Source of the DNA: Bifidobacterium breve
Lineage (GTDB): Bacteria; Actinomycetota; Acidimicrobiia; Acidimicrobiales; Ilumatobacteraceae
Reading direction: 5' to 3'
Length of the DNA: 64,000 nucleotides
NCBI GenBank assembly: GCA_945886445.1
Contig: CAMCZG010000004.1
Span: forward strand, 72 to 64,071
Positions 9,017 through 17,939 of this stretch are shown piece after piece. Within the stretch, counting starts at the first letter, position 1. Each line of letters opens with the position of its first letter. The notes beneath the pieces are model-generated. The model was not told where the DNA came from, made no database searches, and was given only the letters and a program-made list of their open reading frames with translations. Both the position numbers and the translations under genes were made by a program.

Positions 9017-9628
9017 TTAGTCGCCCCAAAAACGCTGCTCTAAAAATGGGTCTCCGTACATGTTGTACCCATTGCGCTCCCAAAAACCAGGCGTGTCTCC
9101 AACGCAAGCTTCCATTCCGCGCAACCATTTCGGCGATTTCCAAAAATACAGGTGCGGCACGAGTAGCCGCACTGGGCCGCCGTGTATGGGCTCAATGTCT
9201 TCACCTTCAAAGGCATAGACCACAAGTGATTCTTCTCTCATCACATCGGCCATCGGAAGGTTTGCCGTGTAGCCCTGTTCTGCATGACCCATGAAGTGTG
9301 TTGCATTTGCATGCACGCCAGCACGAGCAAAAATATCTTTCACGCGCACGCCGGTCCAATGAGTGTCGAACTTCGACCACTTCGTGACGCAATGAATATC
9401 GGTTTCTAAAGTAATGCTCGGCATTTCTTTGAGTTCATCAAAAGTCAAAGTGAACTCGTTGTCTACCGCACCAAACACACGCAAGCTCCACTCGTTGGGC
9501 GCATACGAAGGAACGTCGCCAACATGCAGTACGGGAAACCGTTCAGTGAGGTACTGCCCAGGCGGCAGGCGTGCAGGGTCTAAACCCAGTCCCTCTAGTT
9601 CTTGTCGATTGCGTTCAAAGAATCCCAC
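9017..9628 (-). CDS. Sulfite-oxidase-family molybdopterin oxidoreductase (YuiH-like, no signal peptide)
   Basis: Contains DIHCVTKWSKFDTHWTGV (the Moco-binding Cys region) and PVRLLVPHLYFWKSPKWL. It starts at GTG 9628, 10 nt after the ccmI-like stop. Confidence 0.8.
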   Translation of the reverse strand: MGFFERNRQELEGLGLDPARLPPGQYLTERFPVLHVGDVPSYAPNEWSLRVFGAVDNEFTLTFDELKEMPSITLETDIHCVTKWSKFDTHWTGVRVKDIFARAGVHANATHFMGHAEQGYTANLPMADVMREESLVVYAFEGEDIEPIHGGPVRLLVPHLYFWKSPKWLRGMEACVGDTPGFWERNGYNMYGDPFLEQRFWGD

Positions 9629-9638
9629 CTACAGAGTC

Positions 9639-10349
9639 TCACTTAGATGCGTTCACTTCAGCAACTATTGAGTCCACAAATGTTTGTACTTCTGCTGGCG
9701 GGTTCGTCTCTTGGCACTTCTTGAGTTCAGTTTTTGCCGTGGCAGTATCGGCCACAAAGCGGTAGCTCACAATGCCTAAAAAGCAATGAGCATCGGGGTA
9801 TTCGGGGTCAATGAAGATGGCCCTACCGAGCCCCACAATGGCGGCCTGCACTGCTGCGGTACGAATGTCTTCAGATGCCTCACGCGCGGTAAGAGCCAAT
9901 AGCCACGCGCGATAAGTGAGTGCCTCTACTTCGTCGGGGCGAGTTTTCAGTACCTCGCTATAGATCTTGATTGCCGCAATAGGGTCGCTGAAGTTCAATT
10001 GACGTGCTTGGGCAAGCAGACCCGCTGTGCTGTTGGGAGTGCCACCCGACAATGTTTGACCCGGAAGACGCTGACCCGACTGGCGCGCAACGAGCACTCC
10101 GAGACCGACTGCAACACATAGGACTACTCCAACGGTAAGAACGAACTTTCTCCCATTGCGAACCGGCACAACGTCAACATTCTCAAGAAGTTCATCACTC
10201 ACATCTGCACCGCGCAATACATCTGCTAGGCGCTTTACATAGCTGCTCTTTAATGCTTCGTAATCGGCGTCGTCCATATCGCCTGCTGCATATTCCCGCT
10301 CAAGGTCTTCTAGTGAAGTAAACAAAAAGTCGCGATCTTCACCACTCAT
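9639..10349 (-). CDS. CcmI-like TPR protein (acidic N-terminus, one TM, TPR ectodomain)
   Basis: Contains the TM helix FVLTVGVVLCVAVGLGVLVA followed by TPR-like helices. An ATGA overlap links it to ccmH. Confidence 0.6.
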   Translation of the reverse strand: MSGEDRDFLFTSLEDLEREYAAGDMDDADYEALKSSYVKRLADVLRGADVSDELLENVDVVPVRNGRKFVLTVGVVLCVAVGLGVLVARQSGQRLPGQTLSGGTPNSTAGLLAQARQLNFSDPIAAIKIYSEVLKTRPDEVEALTYRAWLLALTAREASEDIRTAAVQAAIVGLGRAIFIDPEYPDAHCFLGIVSYRFVADTATAKTELKKCQETNPPAEVQTFVDSIVAEVNASK

Positions 10350-10834
10350 ATGTTCTCGTCATCTGTTACGTCGTTCTTGTGCTGAAGAGCAGCTTCAACA
10401 ATGGCGAAATCTGCATCTGATGCGTGAAGGAGCGCAGCGTTCTTCCAGCGTCGAAATACAAGGCCCAAACCACATAGCCCACCCACAAGTGCTACCACGG
10501 GCAAAATCCACACCAATGACTCCACACCATCGGTTCGCGGCAACAACACACTCCCTGGAAAATTTCTCTCAATCACGGCAACAATTTGGTCGTCGCTGTT
10601 TTGCCCGGCGGCAACTTCTCTTGCAATTTCATTGCGAATGGCTTCTGCTGCAGGAGCGCGACTCACGTAGATGCTTTCACCATTGCAAGTTGGGCAGGCC
10701 AACTGTTGCGAGATGGCATCAATGCGCCCCTGCTGTGTGAGCGGGCCTCTATCGCGCAGGGTTCCAAAAGCCAACAAACCAACGGTGAGCAACAGCATCA
10801 AAATCCACATGGGCAATGAGTTCAGTTTTTTCAT
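10346..10834 (-). CDS. ccmH: Cytochrome c-type biogenesis protein CcmH
   Basis: Has a signal/TM segment, the LACPTCNGESIYVSRAPAA motif (CxxC) and a C-terminal TM. An ATGA overlap links it to ccmG. Confidence 0.85.
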   Translation of the reverse strand: MKKLNSLPMWILMLLLTVGLLAFGTLRDRGPLTQQGRIDAISQQLACPTCNGESIYVSRAPAAEAIRNEIAREVAAGQNSDDQIVAVIERNFPGSVLLPRTDGVESLVWILPVVALVGGLCGLGLVFRRWKNAALLHASDADFAIVEAALQHKNDVTDDENI

Positions 10835-11385
10835 GGTGCAACCAATTCTCTCTGCAATTCAGCCAATTTCGCAGACAGGAAATCACTCGTCACTTCACCG
10901 GCAATACGCAATCGCACAAAACCCGATGGATCAATTACCCATGTCTCTGGAACTTTGGCCACACCGAAGGCAACGGCAATGGCGCCGTCAGGGTCAGTGA
11001 CCTTCGGCCAATCTCCCCCATTTTTTTTAAAAAACTCTGCCACTGCATCATCGCTGTCGTCATTAACAACGGTGATGAGCTCCGCCCTATTTTCCAGTCC
11101 ACTCTGATTTTTCTGAAACGTAACAAGTTGAGGATGCTCAATACGACATGGCACACAGGTGCTGTTGAAAAAATTCAACACAACCCAAGATCCTTTACGA
11201 CGCGCAAGATCGAAAGTTCCCCCTCCAATTAATGGAGAAGACACTGCCGGTGCAGGGTTGCCTAGTAACGGTGTAGAAATGCCACGCTCACCTCGAGGTT
11301 TTGCTGTCACCAGCAGTATGAAAAATGCCAAAACAACAACGCCAGTGGCAATAGCAACATTGCGCGCTATGCGAGAGTTACGCAT
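10831..11385 (-). CDS. ccmG: Thiol:disulfide oxidoreductase CcmG/DsbE (TlpA/ResA-like)
   Basis: Thioredoxin fold with FFNSTCVPCRIEHP (CxxC) and an N-terminal TM. ATG 11385 overlaps the ccmF stop by 8 nt. The track start is 11460. Confidence 0.85.
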   Translation of the reverse strand: MRNSRIARNVAIATGVVVLAFFILLVTAKPRGERGISTPLLGNPAPAVSSPLIGGGTFDLARRKGSWVVLNFFNSTCVPCRIEHPQLVTFQKNQSGLENRAELITVVNDDSDDAVAEFFKKNGGDWPKVTDPDGAIAVAFGVAKVPETWVIDPSGFVRLRIAGEVTSDFLSAKLAELQRELVAP

Positions 11386-13387
11386 CGATGGCCTTGCCCG
11401 TATCGACGCGAGCCGACACTGCATCGGTGGGCCGGCGGCGTCGTCCGGGGAACAAAGCAAGCAAAGTGCCCACTGCCATCATTCCTCCGCCAATCCACAT
11501 CCACATGACCAAAGGCTTAATAAACACTTTAATTCGTGCTTCGCCTGACTCACTTTTCACTGGTGGCTCAAGTGTGAGATACAGGTCGTAACGCCATGAC
11601 GACTTCACCGAAGGCGTGCCAATGTTGTTACCCATCTGCACAAACTTTGTAATTGCTGGCGCGTAACTTTTTCCGCCATCAACTTGAACTATCGCTTTTA
11701 CTGCCGTCAGGCGATCTGTCTTCTCATTCTCAAAACCCTTCAGTTCAAAAACGTGTCCACCAAATTCTGCAGGCGTATTTAACTTCAATGAAAGCTCTTG
11801 CGATCGCGTATATGAATTCGATGCTGCAAGGGCTACCGCAATGAGAATGACGCCAATATGCACGACCATGCCACCATTTGCGCGGCCAACTAAACCACGC
11901 CAACCTTGGCGCCGTGTTGCCAGAACAAGTTGCCGCAACGCCGCGCCGCTCGCAAACCCGCCCAAAGTAAATGTTAAAAGTGCGGCTAATCCGTCGGCTC
12001 CAACCAATAGCGACACCGCCAGCGTGCCGATGCCACACCACGCCGGCCAGAAAAGTCGCTGGCGCAATACTTCTTCAGACGCTTTGCGCCATGGCAAAAC
12101 AGGCGCAATTGACATCATGGCAAGCAACGCAATACCGATGGGCGTTGAGAGTTGGTCGAAGAATGGTTCGCCAACAACAATTTGTCGATTCTGTAGTGCC
12201 TCGATGACGAGTGGGAAAACGGTTCCCAGCAACACCACAAAAGCAAACAGTGCAAACAAAACATTGTTGGCAAGAAATGCACCTTCACGCGAAATAGGTG
12301 AATCGATACTTCCTGGAGAACGCAGAGAATCTCCTCGCCATGCAATGAGCCACAGCGAAACGGCAACTATGACTCCAAAAAAGATAATGAGGTACTTGCC
12401 AATATCACTTTCACTAAATGCGTGAACGCTGTTCAATACTCCAGAACGCGTGAGGAATGTTCCGAGAATGGTGAGACTAAACGTTGCAAGGAGTAACGAC
12501 AGGTTCCACACACGCAACATGCCTCGGCGTTCTTGCACCAGCACTGAGTGGATGTACGCCGTTCCTGTGAGCCACGGTAAGAAACTTGCGTTTTCTACGG
12601 GGTCCCACGCCCAGACACCGCTCCAACCAAGCACTTCGTAGCTCCACCAGCCGCCCAAGATGATGCCGAAAGTAAGTAGGCCCCAAGCACACAAGGTCCA
12701 CCGCCGCGTTTCAATGAGCCATCCTTCGCCCACGCGCCCAGTAACAAGAGCTGCAATAGCAAAGGCAAACGGAATGGTGAAACCCACATAACCCAAATAC
12801 AAAATAGGTGGATGGAAAAGAACCAAAATGTGATTTTGCAGAAGTGGGTTTGGTCCTGGCCCGTCTGTAACGCCAGCAGCGCCCACTCCAAATGGGTTTG
12901 CCGGAGCAAAGCTGAGCAAGAAGAAAAATGCCAGAACTATAAACATCACGGCCATGGCCCACGCAATGAGTGGATCACTGAGTTTTTTACGATACCGCCA
13001 CACCACAACTGCACACGAGAGTGCAAGCGCAAGTACCCACAACAATATGGAACCCTCTAAGGCGCTCCACACTGCAGTGAAGTTATAAAGCGCCGGGGTA
13101 GAACGCGAGCCGTGATCTTGCACATACTTCAATGAAAAGTCTCGCGTGATCATTGCGTATTCCATTGCCGTCATCGCAGCAACAGCTGCCAACAAAGCAA
13201 GGGCAGCAAACCGCGGAATCAGGCGTGCCGTGCGAGCCTCTTCTTCACGTAATGACTCGCGGGCGGTGTAGATAGAGGCAACGGCGCCAAAGACCGACGC
13301 AATGATGCCTACCAGCAGTGCGGCACGACCCAAAGGTCCGGCAAGACCCTGGTTGACCGCTACATCTAAAGTTTCGGCAGAGAACAC
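11378..13387 (-). CDS. ccmF: Cytochrome c heme lyase subunit CcmF
   Basis: 669-aa polytopic protein with the WWD signature WGGWWSYEVLGWSGVWAWDPVENASFLPWL. Confidence 0.95.
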   Translation of the reverse strand: MFSAETLDVAVNQGLAGPLGRAALLVGIIASVFGAVASIYTARESLREEEARTARLIPRFAALALLAAVAAMTAMEYAMITRDFSLKYVQDHGSRSTPALYNFTAVWSALEGSILLWVLALALSCAVVVWRYRKKLSDPLIAWAMAVMFIVLAFFFLLSFAPANPFGVGAAGVTDGPGPNPLLQNHILVLFHPPILYLGYVGFTIPFAFAIAALVTGRVGEGWLIETRRWTLCAWGLLTFGIILGGWWSYEVLGWSGVWAWDPVENASFLPWLTGTAYIHSVLVQERRGMLRVWNLSLLLATFSLTILGTFLTRSGVLNSVHAFSESDIGKYLIIFFGVIVAVSLWLIAWRGDSLRSPGSIDSPISREGAFLANNVLFALFAFVVLLGTVFPLVIEALQNRQIVVGEPFFDQLSTPIGIALLAMMSIAPVLPWRKASEEVLRQRLFWPAWCGIGTLAVSLLVGADGLAALLTFTLGGFASGAALRQLVLATRRQGWRGLVGRANGGMVVHIGVILIAVALAASNSYTRSQELSLKLNTPAEFGGHVFELKGFENEKTDRLTAVKAIVQVDGGKSYAPAITKFVQMGNNIGTPSVKSSWRYDLYLTLEPPVKSESGEARIKVFIKPLVMWMWIGGGMMAVGTLLALFPGRRRRPTDAVSARVDTGKAIDA

Positions 13388-13869
13388 GCAGCAGCCTCGG
13401 CTTTATCTATGCGATCTTTATTTTCCGTGGAGTACGCATTGGAATGTTTCACTTCAATGCGGTCACTCAGAAAGACTCCATTCACCATTCGGCCGTGAGC
13501 AACGACCGGAATGCATTCTTGAAATACGCCACCTGGGTCACCGTCGTATCGCACATCGAGTGTTTTTTTATTGAACGACATGGAAAAAATAGTCATTCCT
13601 GCCGCTTTTTTTAAACTGCCTTCGTCTACTGCACCTTGTACTCGCAAGCGGCGCGTGCCTTCGCACCCGCTGCGCACTCCTACCTCGTCAACATTGCAGT
13701 AGTAGTCGATAGCTGAAGAAAGAAACTTCGTTACTACTACCCCGCCAAATACAAGAATGGCTACGAGCAGCAAGGCAGGTTTCCAACGCCGTTTTTGCGA
13801 ACGCACAGATTGTGCTGTGGGCACGGCTTCTCGCGGAGTGAGGTTGAGCGCATCATCATTCAGCGCCAT
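13366..13869 (-). CDS. ccmE: Heme chaperone CcmE
   Basis: Has an N-terminal TM anchor, an OB-fold region RLRVQGAV...VVAHGRM, and the heme-binding HxxxY motif (KHSNAY). Confidence 0.9.
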   Translation of the reverse strand: MALNDDALNLTPREAVPTAQSVRSQKRRWKPALLLVAILVFGGVVVTKFLSSAIDYYCNVDEVGVRSGCEGTRRLRVQGAVDEGSLKKAAGMTIFSMSFNKKTLDVRYDGDPGGVFQECIPVVAHGRMVNGVFLSDRIEVKHSNAYSTENKDRIDKAEAAACSLPKL

Positions 13870-13994
13870 GGTTTGTCACTTTCAGCAATTGCGCTATTGA
13901 TCTTGCGTGCCTGGCGAAACATGCGCAAAACATATGCACCTACAGCAATAAAGGTAACTACGTATCCGCCAACAATGAAACTGACATGGTCCAT
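13860..13994 (-). CDS. ccmD: Heme exporter protein CcmD (44 aa, not in the ORF track)
   Basis: Hand translation gives MDHVSFIVGGYVVTFIAVGAYVLRMFRQARKINSAIAESDKPWR, a single TM followed by a basic stretch. Its ATG overlaps the ccmC stop (TAATG) and its TGA overlaps the ccmE start by 10 nt. It sits in the canonical position between ccmC and ccmE. Confidence 0.75.
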   Translation of the reverse strand: MDHVSFIVGGYVVTFIAVGAYVLRMFRQARKINSAIAESDKPWR

Positions 13995-14749
13995 TAGTTC
14001 GCCTCGCTTCGTCGTTCTTGCAAAGCAGCTTCCAAACCACCGTCATCTATTGCGTCGGCAAGTGTAAGAACACGCTGGCGATGAAGAACCATCCAGGCAA
14101 ACAGCAAGGTAAATACCGCCACTCCAAATAGCAAGGTAAACAGCATGAGGCCATCCATAGTGACATTGCCATTGGGTTGCAGAACCGAGGCCTCTTGGTG
14201 CAACGAACGCCACAACACCACACTGAAGTGCACAAGCGGAATTTCAAGTACCGCTAGAAGCGCAACTACACCACTGCGCTTTGCGCGCTGCTGATGGCTC
14301 CCGCCAAGGTCGCGTACTGCCAGGTACCCCACATAGGTAACAAACAGGAACACAGTTGTTGTTAGTCGTGGGTCCCACTGCCAATACGTTCCCCAAGTGA
14401 GCCGGCCCCACAAGCTGCCGGTCACCAAACTCAGACCCATAAAAATGACGCCCACTTCGGCAGATGCCCCAGCAATACGGTCGAAGGTGAGGGAATGTTG
14501 TTTGCCCCACATATACATTGCCGACGCAACAGCGGTGACGATAAACGCAAGGTATGCCACCCACGCCGTGGGCACATGAATGTACATGAGGCGCACAGTG
14601 CTTCCCTGCACCACGTCTTCGTCTGTGAAGAAGAGCCCGAGCAAAGTGAGGAGCACCATGCCGAGGAAAACAACAAGACCGAGCCCTCGCGAAGCACGGG
14701 TACCCGTTGGTGTAGTTAGTGGTGAGGGGAAGGGTTGAATGCTGTTCAT
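13994..14749 (-). CDS. ccmC: Heme exporter protein CcmC
   Basis: Contains the WWD motif WGRLTWGTYWQWDPRLT and six predicted TM segments. Confidence 0.95.
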   Translation of the reverse strand: MNSIQPFPSPLTTPTGTRASRGLGLVVFLGMVLLTLLGLFFTDEDVVQGSTVRLMYIHVPTAWVAYLAFIVTAVASAMYMWGKQHSLTFDRIAGASAEVGVIFMGLSLVTGSLWGRLTWGTYWQWDPRLTTTVFLFVTYVGYLAVRDLGGSHQQRAKRSGVVALLAVLEIPLVHFSVVLWRSLHQEASVLQPNGNVTMDGLMLFTLLFGVAVFTLLFAWMVLHRQRVLTLADAIDDGGLEAALQERRSEAN

Positions 14750-14796
14750 TTTGCTCTACGTGTGTTCATCTGAAGTTAGTTGCTTTTGACCATCTC

Positions 14797-15495
14797 TCAC
14801 TCCTCGGTGAGCACTCCAAAGGCAAGTGTTCCACCAAAAGTAAAGAGTGCGCCAAATACAGCGAGCAATGCCACCCACGGCCATCCTTCGCCGAGCGTGG
14901 CGCCTCCGACCCCAAATGCCGATTCAGTGGCTCGGGTAGCCGCAATGAGAACGGGAGCCACGGCAGGCAATAACAACAACGGCAAGAGGGTTTCGCGACC
15001 TTTTGCCGCCGCACCCAAACCTCCGTACAACGCCCCCATCGCCGCGATTCCGATATTTGCCAAGAAACTTACTGTGACGAGAAGCACTGCTCCGCCCCAC
15101 GACAAGTGCACCTGATACAGCACCAATGACAACAACACGAGCACACCTTCAAAAAGAAGCAACTGCACAACAAGAGCCACCGACTTACCCAAGAACACAC
15201 CTGCCGATGACACACCGGCAACTTTGATTGCATCGAGTGCATTGTCGGCCGACTCAATGGCAAATGTGCGTTGAACAATAATTAAGGAAGAAAACAAAAC
15301 GGCAAGCCACACAAGACCGGGGGCAACGCGTTGCAAAATGCCATCGTTATCGAGTGCAAAAGCAAAAAGCACCATCACAATGCCCGCGAAAGGCAACACT
15401 TGGTTTACCAACACCTTGCTGCGCCATTCAATGCGCAAATCTTTAGTGGCAATTGCTCGCGCAACCGACATTGTTGAAGTCGAGTGCTGTGTCAT
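14797..15495 (-). CDS. ccmB: Heme exporter permease CcmB
   Basis: 232-aa polytopic protein with an ATGA overlap with ccmA, in the position typical of CcmB. Confidence 0.88.
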   Translation of the reverse strand: MTQHSTSTMSVARAIATKDLRIEWRSKVLVNQVLPFAGIVMVLFAFALDNDGILQRVAPGLVWLAVLFSSLIIVQRTFAIESADNALDAIKVAGVSSAGVFLGKSVALVVQLLLFEGVLVLLSLVLYQVHLSWGGAVLLVTVSFLANIGIAAMGALYGGLGAAAKGRETLLPLLLLPAVAPVLIAATRATESAFGVGGATLGEGWPWVALLAVFGALFTFGGTLAFGVLTEE

Positions 15496-16151
15496 TGTGC
15501 ACCACGTTCCACAATGGCTCCACCAACAACTTCTATACGGCGTGTAGCAAGTGCACCAGCGCGCTCTAGCTCATGCGACGCAACAATTACTGTTGCCCCA
15601 GCACTTGTAGCTTCGCGCAAAATTTTGTCGATCTCGTCTCTTCCTGCAGCATCGAGACCTGCATGGGGTTCATCAAGTAGCCACAATGAAGCACGACGAA
15701 TAATCAAAATGGCTAAGGCGGTTCGCCGGCGCTGACCTGCAGACATTTTTGCAACGGTGGTACCCAAAAGACGCGTATGCAGACCCATACGTTGCGCCGA
15801 TAACTCAATTTCTCGTGTTGAGGCACCAACTACGGCGCCCCAGAACTGCAAGTTCTCCTGAGCAGTGAGATCGAGATACAACCCATTTGCATGACCCAGC
15901 ATTCCTACATGAGCTTGGGCCTCTTTGCGCTGAGTTGCAAGGTTGAACCCCAGCACAGTGGCTTCACCTCGCGCCAAAGGCACGAGCCCCGCGCACAGCC
16001 GCAACAGAGTTGTTTTGCCAGCACCATTTGCCCCGCTAATGAGAACGATTTCACCTTTTTTCACGACAAGCGAAGCTTCGGCAAGAGCGGGAAATGACCC
16101 CAGAAGCACAACAGCATTGTGCAGACGTACTGCTTCATCAACGCTGCTCAT
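15492..16151 (-). CDS. ccmA: Heme ABC exporter ATP-binding protein CcmA
   Basis: Contains Walker A GANGAGKTT, the signature MSAGQRRR and Walker B LWLLDEP. It is the first gene of the ccm run. Confidence 0.9.
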   Translation of the reverse strand: MSSVDEAVRLHNAVVLLGSFPALAEASLVVKKGEIVLISGANGAGKTTLLRLCAGLVPLARGEATVLGFNLATQRKEAQAHVGMLGHANGLYLDLTAQENLQFWGAVVGASTREIELSAQRMGLHTRLLGTTVAKMSAGQRRRTALAILIIRRASLWLLDEPHAGLDAAGRDEIDKILREATSAGATVIVASHELERAGALATRRIEVVGGAIVERGAQ

Positions 16152-16209
16152 ACCGAGACGCTACCCATCACCATGGCGCAGGGCAAACGCGCTACTAACG
16201 TAAAGAACG

Positions 16210-17148
16210 ATGAATCGCAAAACTGCTCGCGTTGTTGGCTTCATCGGCAAGACCTTTATCACTACCGGCCTATTGCTTCTCGGACTTGTTGTGTACCAGT
16301 TGTGGGGAACCGGCATTGAAACACGCCGCACCCAAAGTGCTCTACGCCAGGAATTCAATCGCATCATTGTAACGACAGAACCATCTAGAGCAGGCGGTGC
16401 TTCAGCATTCCTACCTGTCACCGATGCGCTTGCGCTCATTGAAATTCCGAGCATCAATATTGTCAAGATCATTGTGGAAGGCATTACGCCAAAAGATCTT
16501 CGGCGCGGGCCTGGTCACTTCCCCAAAACTCCCATGCCAGGCGAAATAGGGAATAGTGCAATTGCTGGGCATCGCACTTCTTACGATGCCCCATTTGGGA
16601 ATCTCAATACAATCGCGCCCGACGACATCATTTATGTCACGACCACAAAAGGTAAATTCGCCTACACCGTCAAAGACGTTTCAGTAGTTGAGCCGAGCAA
16701 AACATCAGTGCTTGCAAATACTCCGCAAGTAGCAACTCTCACACTTATTACCTGCCACCCGCGCTTTAGTACCAGCCAACGCCTTGTTGTACGTGCTGAA
16801 CTCACATCTACTACTCCCACCGCCACGCCAACAAGTACCACAACGCCCACGACCACTATTCCGCAAGTCGTTGAGGCCACACCACCCGAGGTGATTTCCG
16901 ATGTATCGGCAAATGATTTTGGTAAATGGTTTTCCGACACCAGCGCAATATTTCCCACTCTGTTATGTGGTGCGTTGCTCATTGCACTAGCAAGTTCTCG
17001 AAAATTGATACGCAACCGAATTTCACGTCGCGTTACCTCACACCGCGCATCAAGTGTTACAACGTATGCACTACTCAGCATTCCGTTTCTCGTAACACTT
17101 TTCTATTTCTACCGATACATCAACTTGCTTTTGCCCGCTGGGGCATAA
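16210..17148 (+). CDS. Class E sortase with a C-terminal Thr/Pro linker and two extra TM helices
   Basis: Has an N-terminal TM and the catalytic residues His (AIAGHRTSY), Cys (TLITCHP) and Arg (RLVVRAEL). A TTPTATPTSTTTPTTT linker and two hydrophobic helices follow. Confidence 0.85.
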   Translation: MNRKTARVVGFIGKTFITTGLLLLGLVVYQLWGTGIETRRTQSALRQEFNRIIVTTEPSRAGGASAFLPVTDALALIEIPSINIVKIIVEGITPKDLRRGPGHFPKTPMPGEIGNSAIAGHRTSYDAPFGNLNTIAPDDIIYVTTTKGKFAYTVKDVSVVEPSKTSVLANTPQVATLTLITCHPRFSTSQRLVVRAELTSTTPTATPTSTTTPTTTIPQVVEATPPEVISDVSANDFGKWFSDTSAIFPTLLCGALLIALASSRKLIRNRISRRVTSHRASSVTTYALLSIPFLVTLFYFYRYINLLLPAGA

Positions 17149-17156
17149 TCCGCTTA

Positions 17157-17927
17157 TTAATTTCCGGTGAAACGTGCTTTACGTTTTTCAAGAAAAGCTG
17201 TGCGTCCTTCGTGTGCATCGGCACTCGCCCAAGCTTTCGCACGCAACGCTTCAAATGCTGCATCATTAACTATTTTTTCGGCAACAGCTTCTAACCCACG
17301 TTTGTGCGCAGCAATGGTGATGGGTGCCAAAGTAGCGAGATGACGTGCCCACTCGAGTGCATCAGGAAGCATGCCCAGTTTGTGCACCGCGCCTTGTGTA
17401 TGAAGTTGTTCGCCGCTGTACGTGCTCGTACCGAGCAACATATTGCGCGCAATGGCCCCACCACATTCCCGCGCCACACGTTCAATAGTCCACTGGTCGA
17501 CGGCGAGACCCAGTTTCGCTGCCGGAATGCCAAAGACACTTGACGGGGTGGCAACTCGCAGGTCGCAAGCAACCGCCAATTGGGTGCCTCCGCCTAACGC
17601 ATAACCATGTACCGCGGCCAAAGTGATGCACGGCAGTGATGTAAATCCGAGCAAGGTTGCAGAAAGCGCGCTACCAAATTCTTCATCTTCCACCCCCGTG
17701 AGGTCGGCGCCGGCACAAAACCCTTCGCCCTCACCTGTCAGCACCAGCACCCGGGCTCTCCCCCGCGCCTCTTCTTGAAATTCTTGCAAGAGCATCAACG
17801 TGGCGTGATTCACCGCATTGCGCCGTTGTGGACGGCGAATAGTGACCAATGCAACCTCGTCTTGCCACTCGAGAGTGGCAAGAATGCCGTCTTTCTGAGT
17901 ACCTTTTGTATTGCTCGCCTCTACCAT
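17157..17927 (-). CDS. Enoyl-CoA hydratase/isomerase (crotonase) family protein
   Basis: Contains RRNAVN...VLVLTGEGEGFCAGADL and the oxyanion-hole region GYALGGG. Confidence 0.9.
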   Translation of the reverse strand: MVEASNTKGTQKDGILATLEWQDEVALVTIRRPQRRNAVNHATLMLLQEFQEEARGRARVLVLTGEGEGFCAGADLTGVEDEEFGSALSATLLGFTSLPCITLAAVHGYALGGGTQLAVACDLRVATPSSVFGIPAAKLGLAVDQWTIERVARECGGAIARNMLLGTSTYSGEQLHTQGAVHKLGMLPDALEWARHLATLAPITIAAHKRGLEAVAEKIVNDAAFEALRAKAWASADAHEGRTAFLEKRKARFTGN

Positions 17928-17939
17928 CTGTGAAACCTT

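Noticed and set aside
16161-16484. A minus-strand 107-aa ORF overlapping the sortase gene start.
   Set aside because: It is antisense to the sortase N-terminus, has no motif, and would leave no room for the divergent ccmA and sortase promoters.
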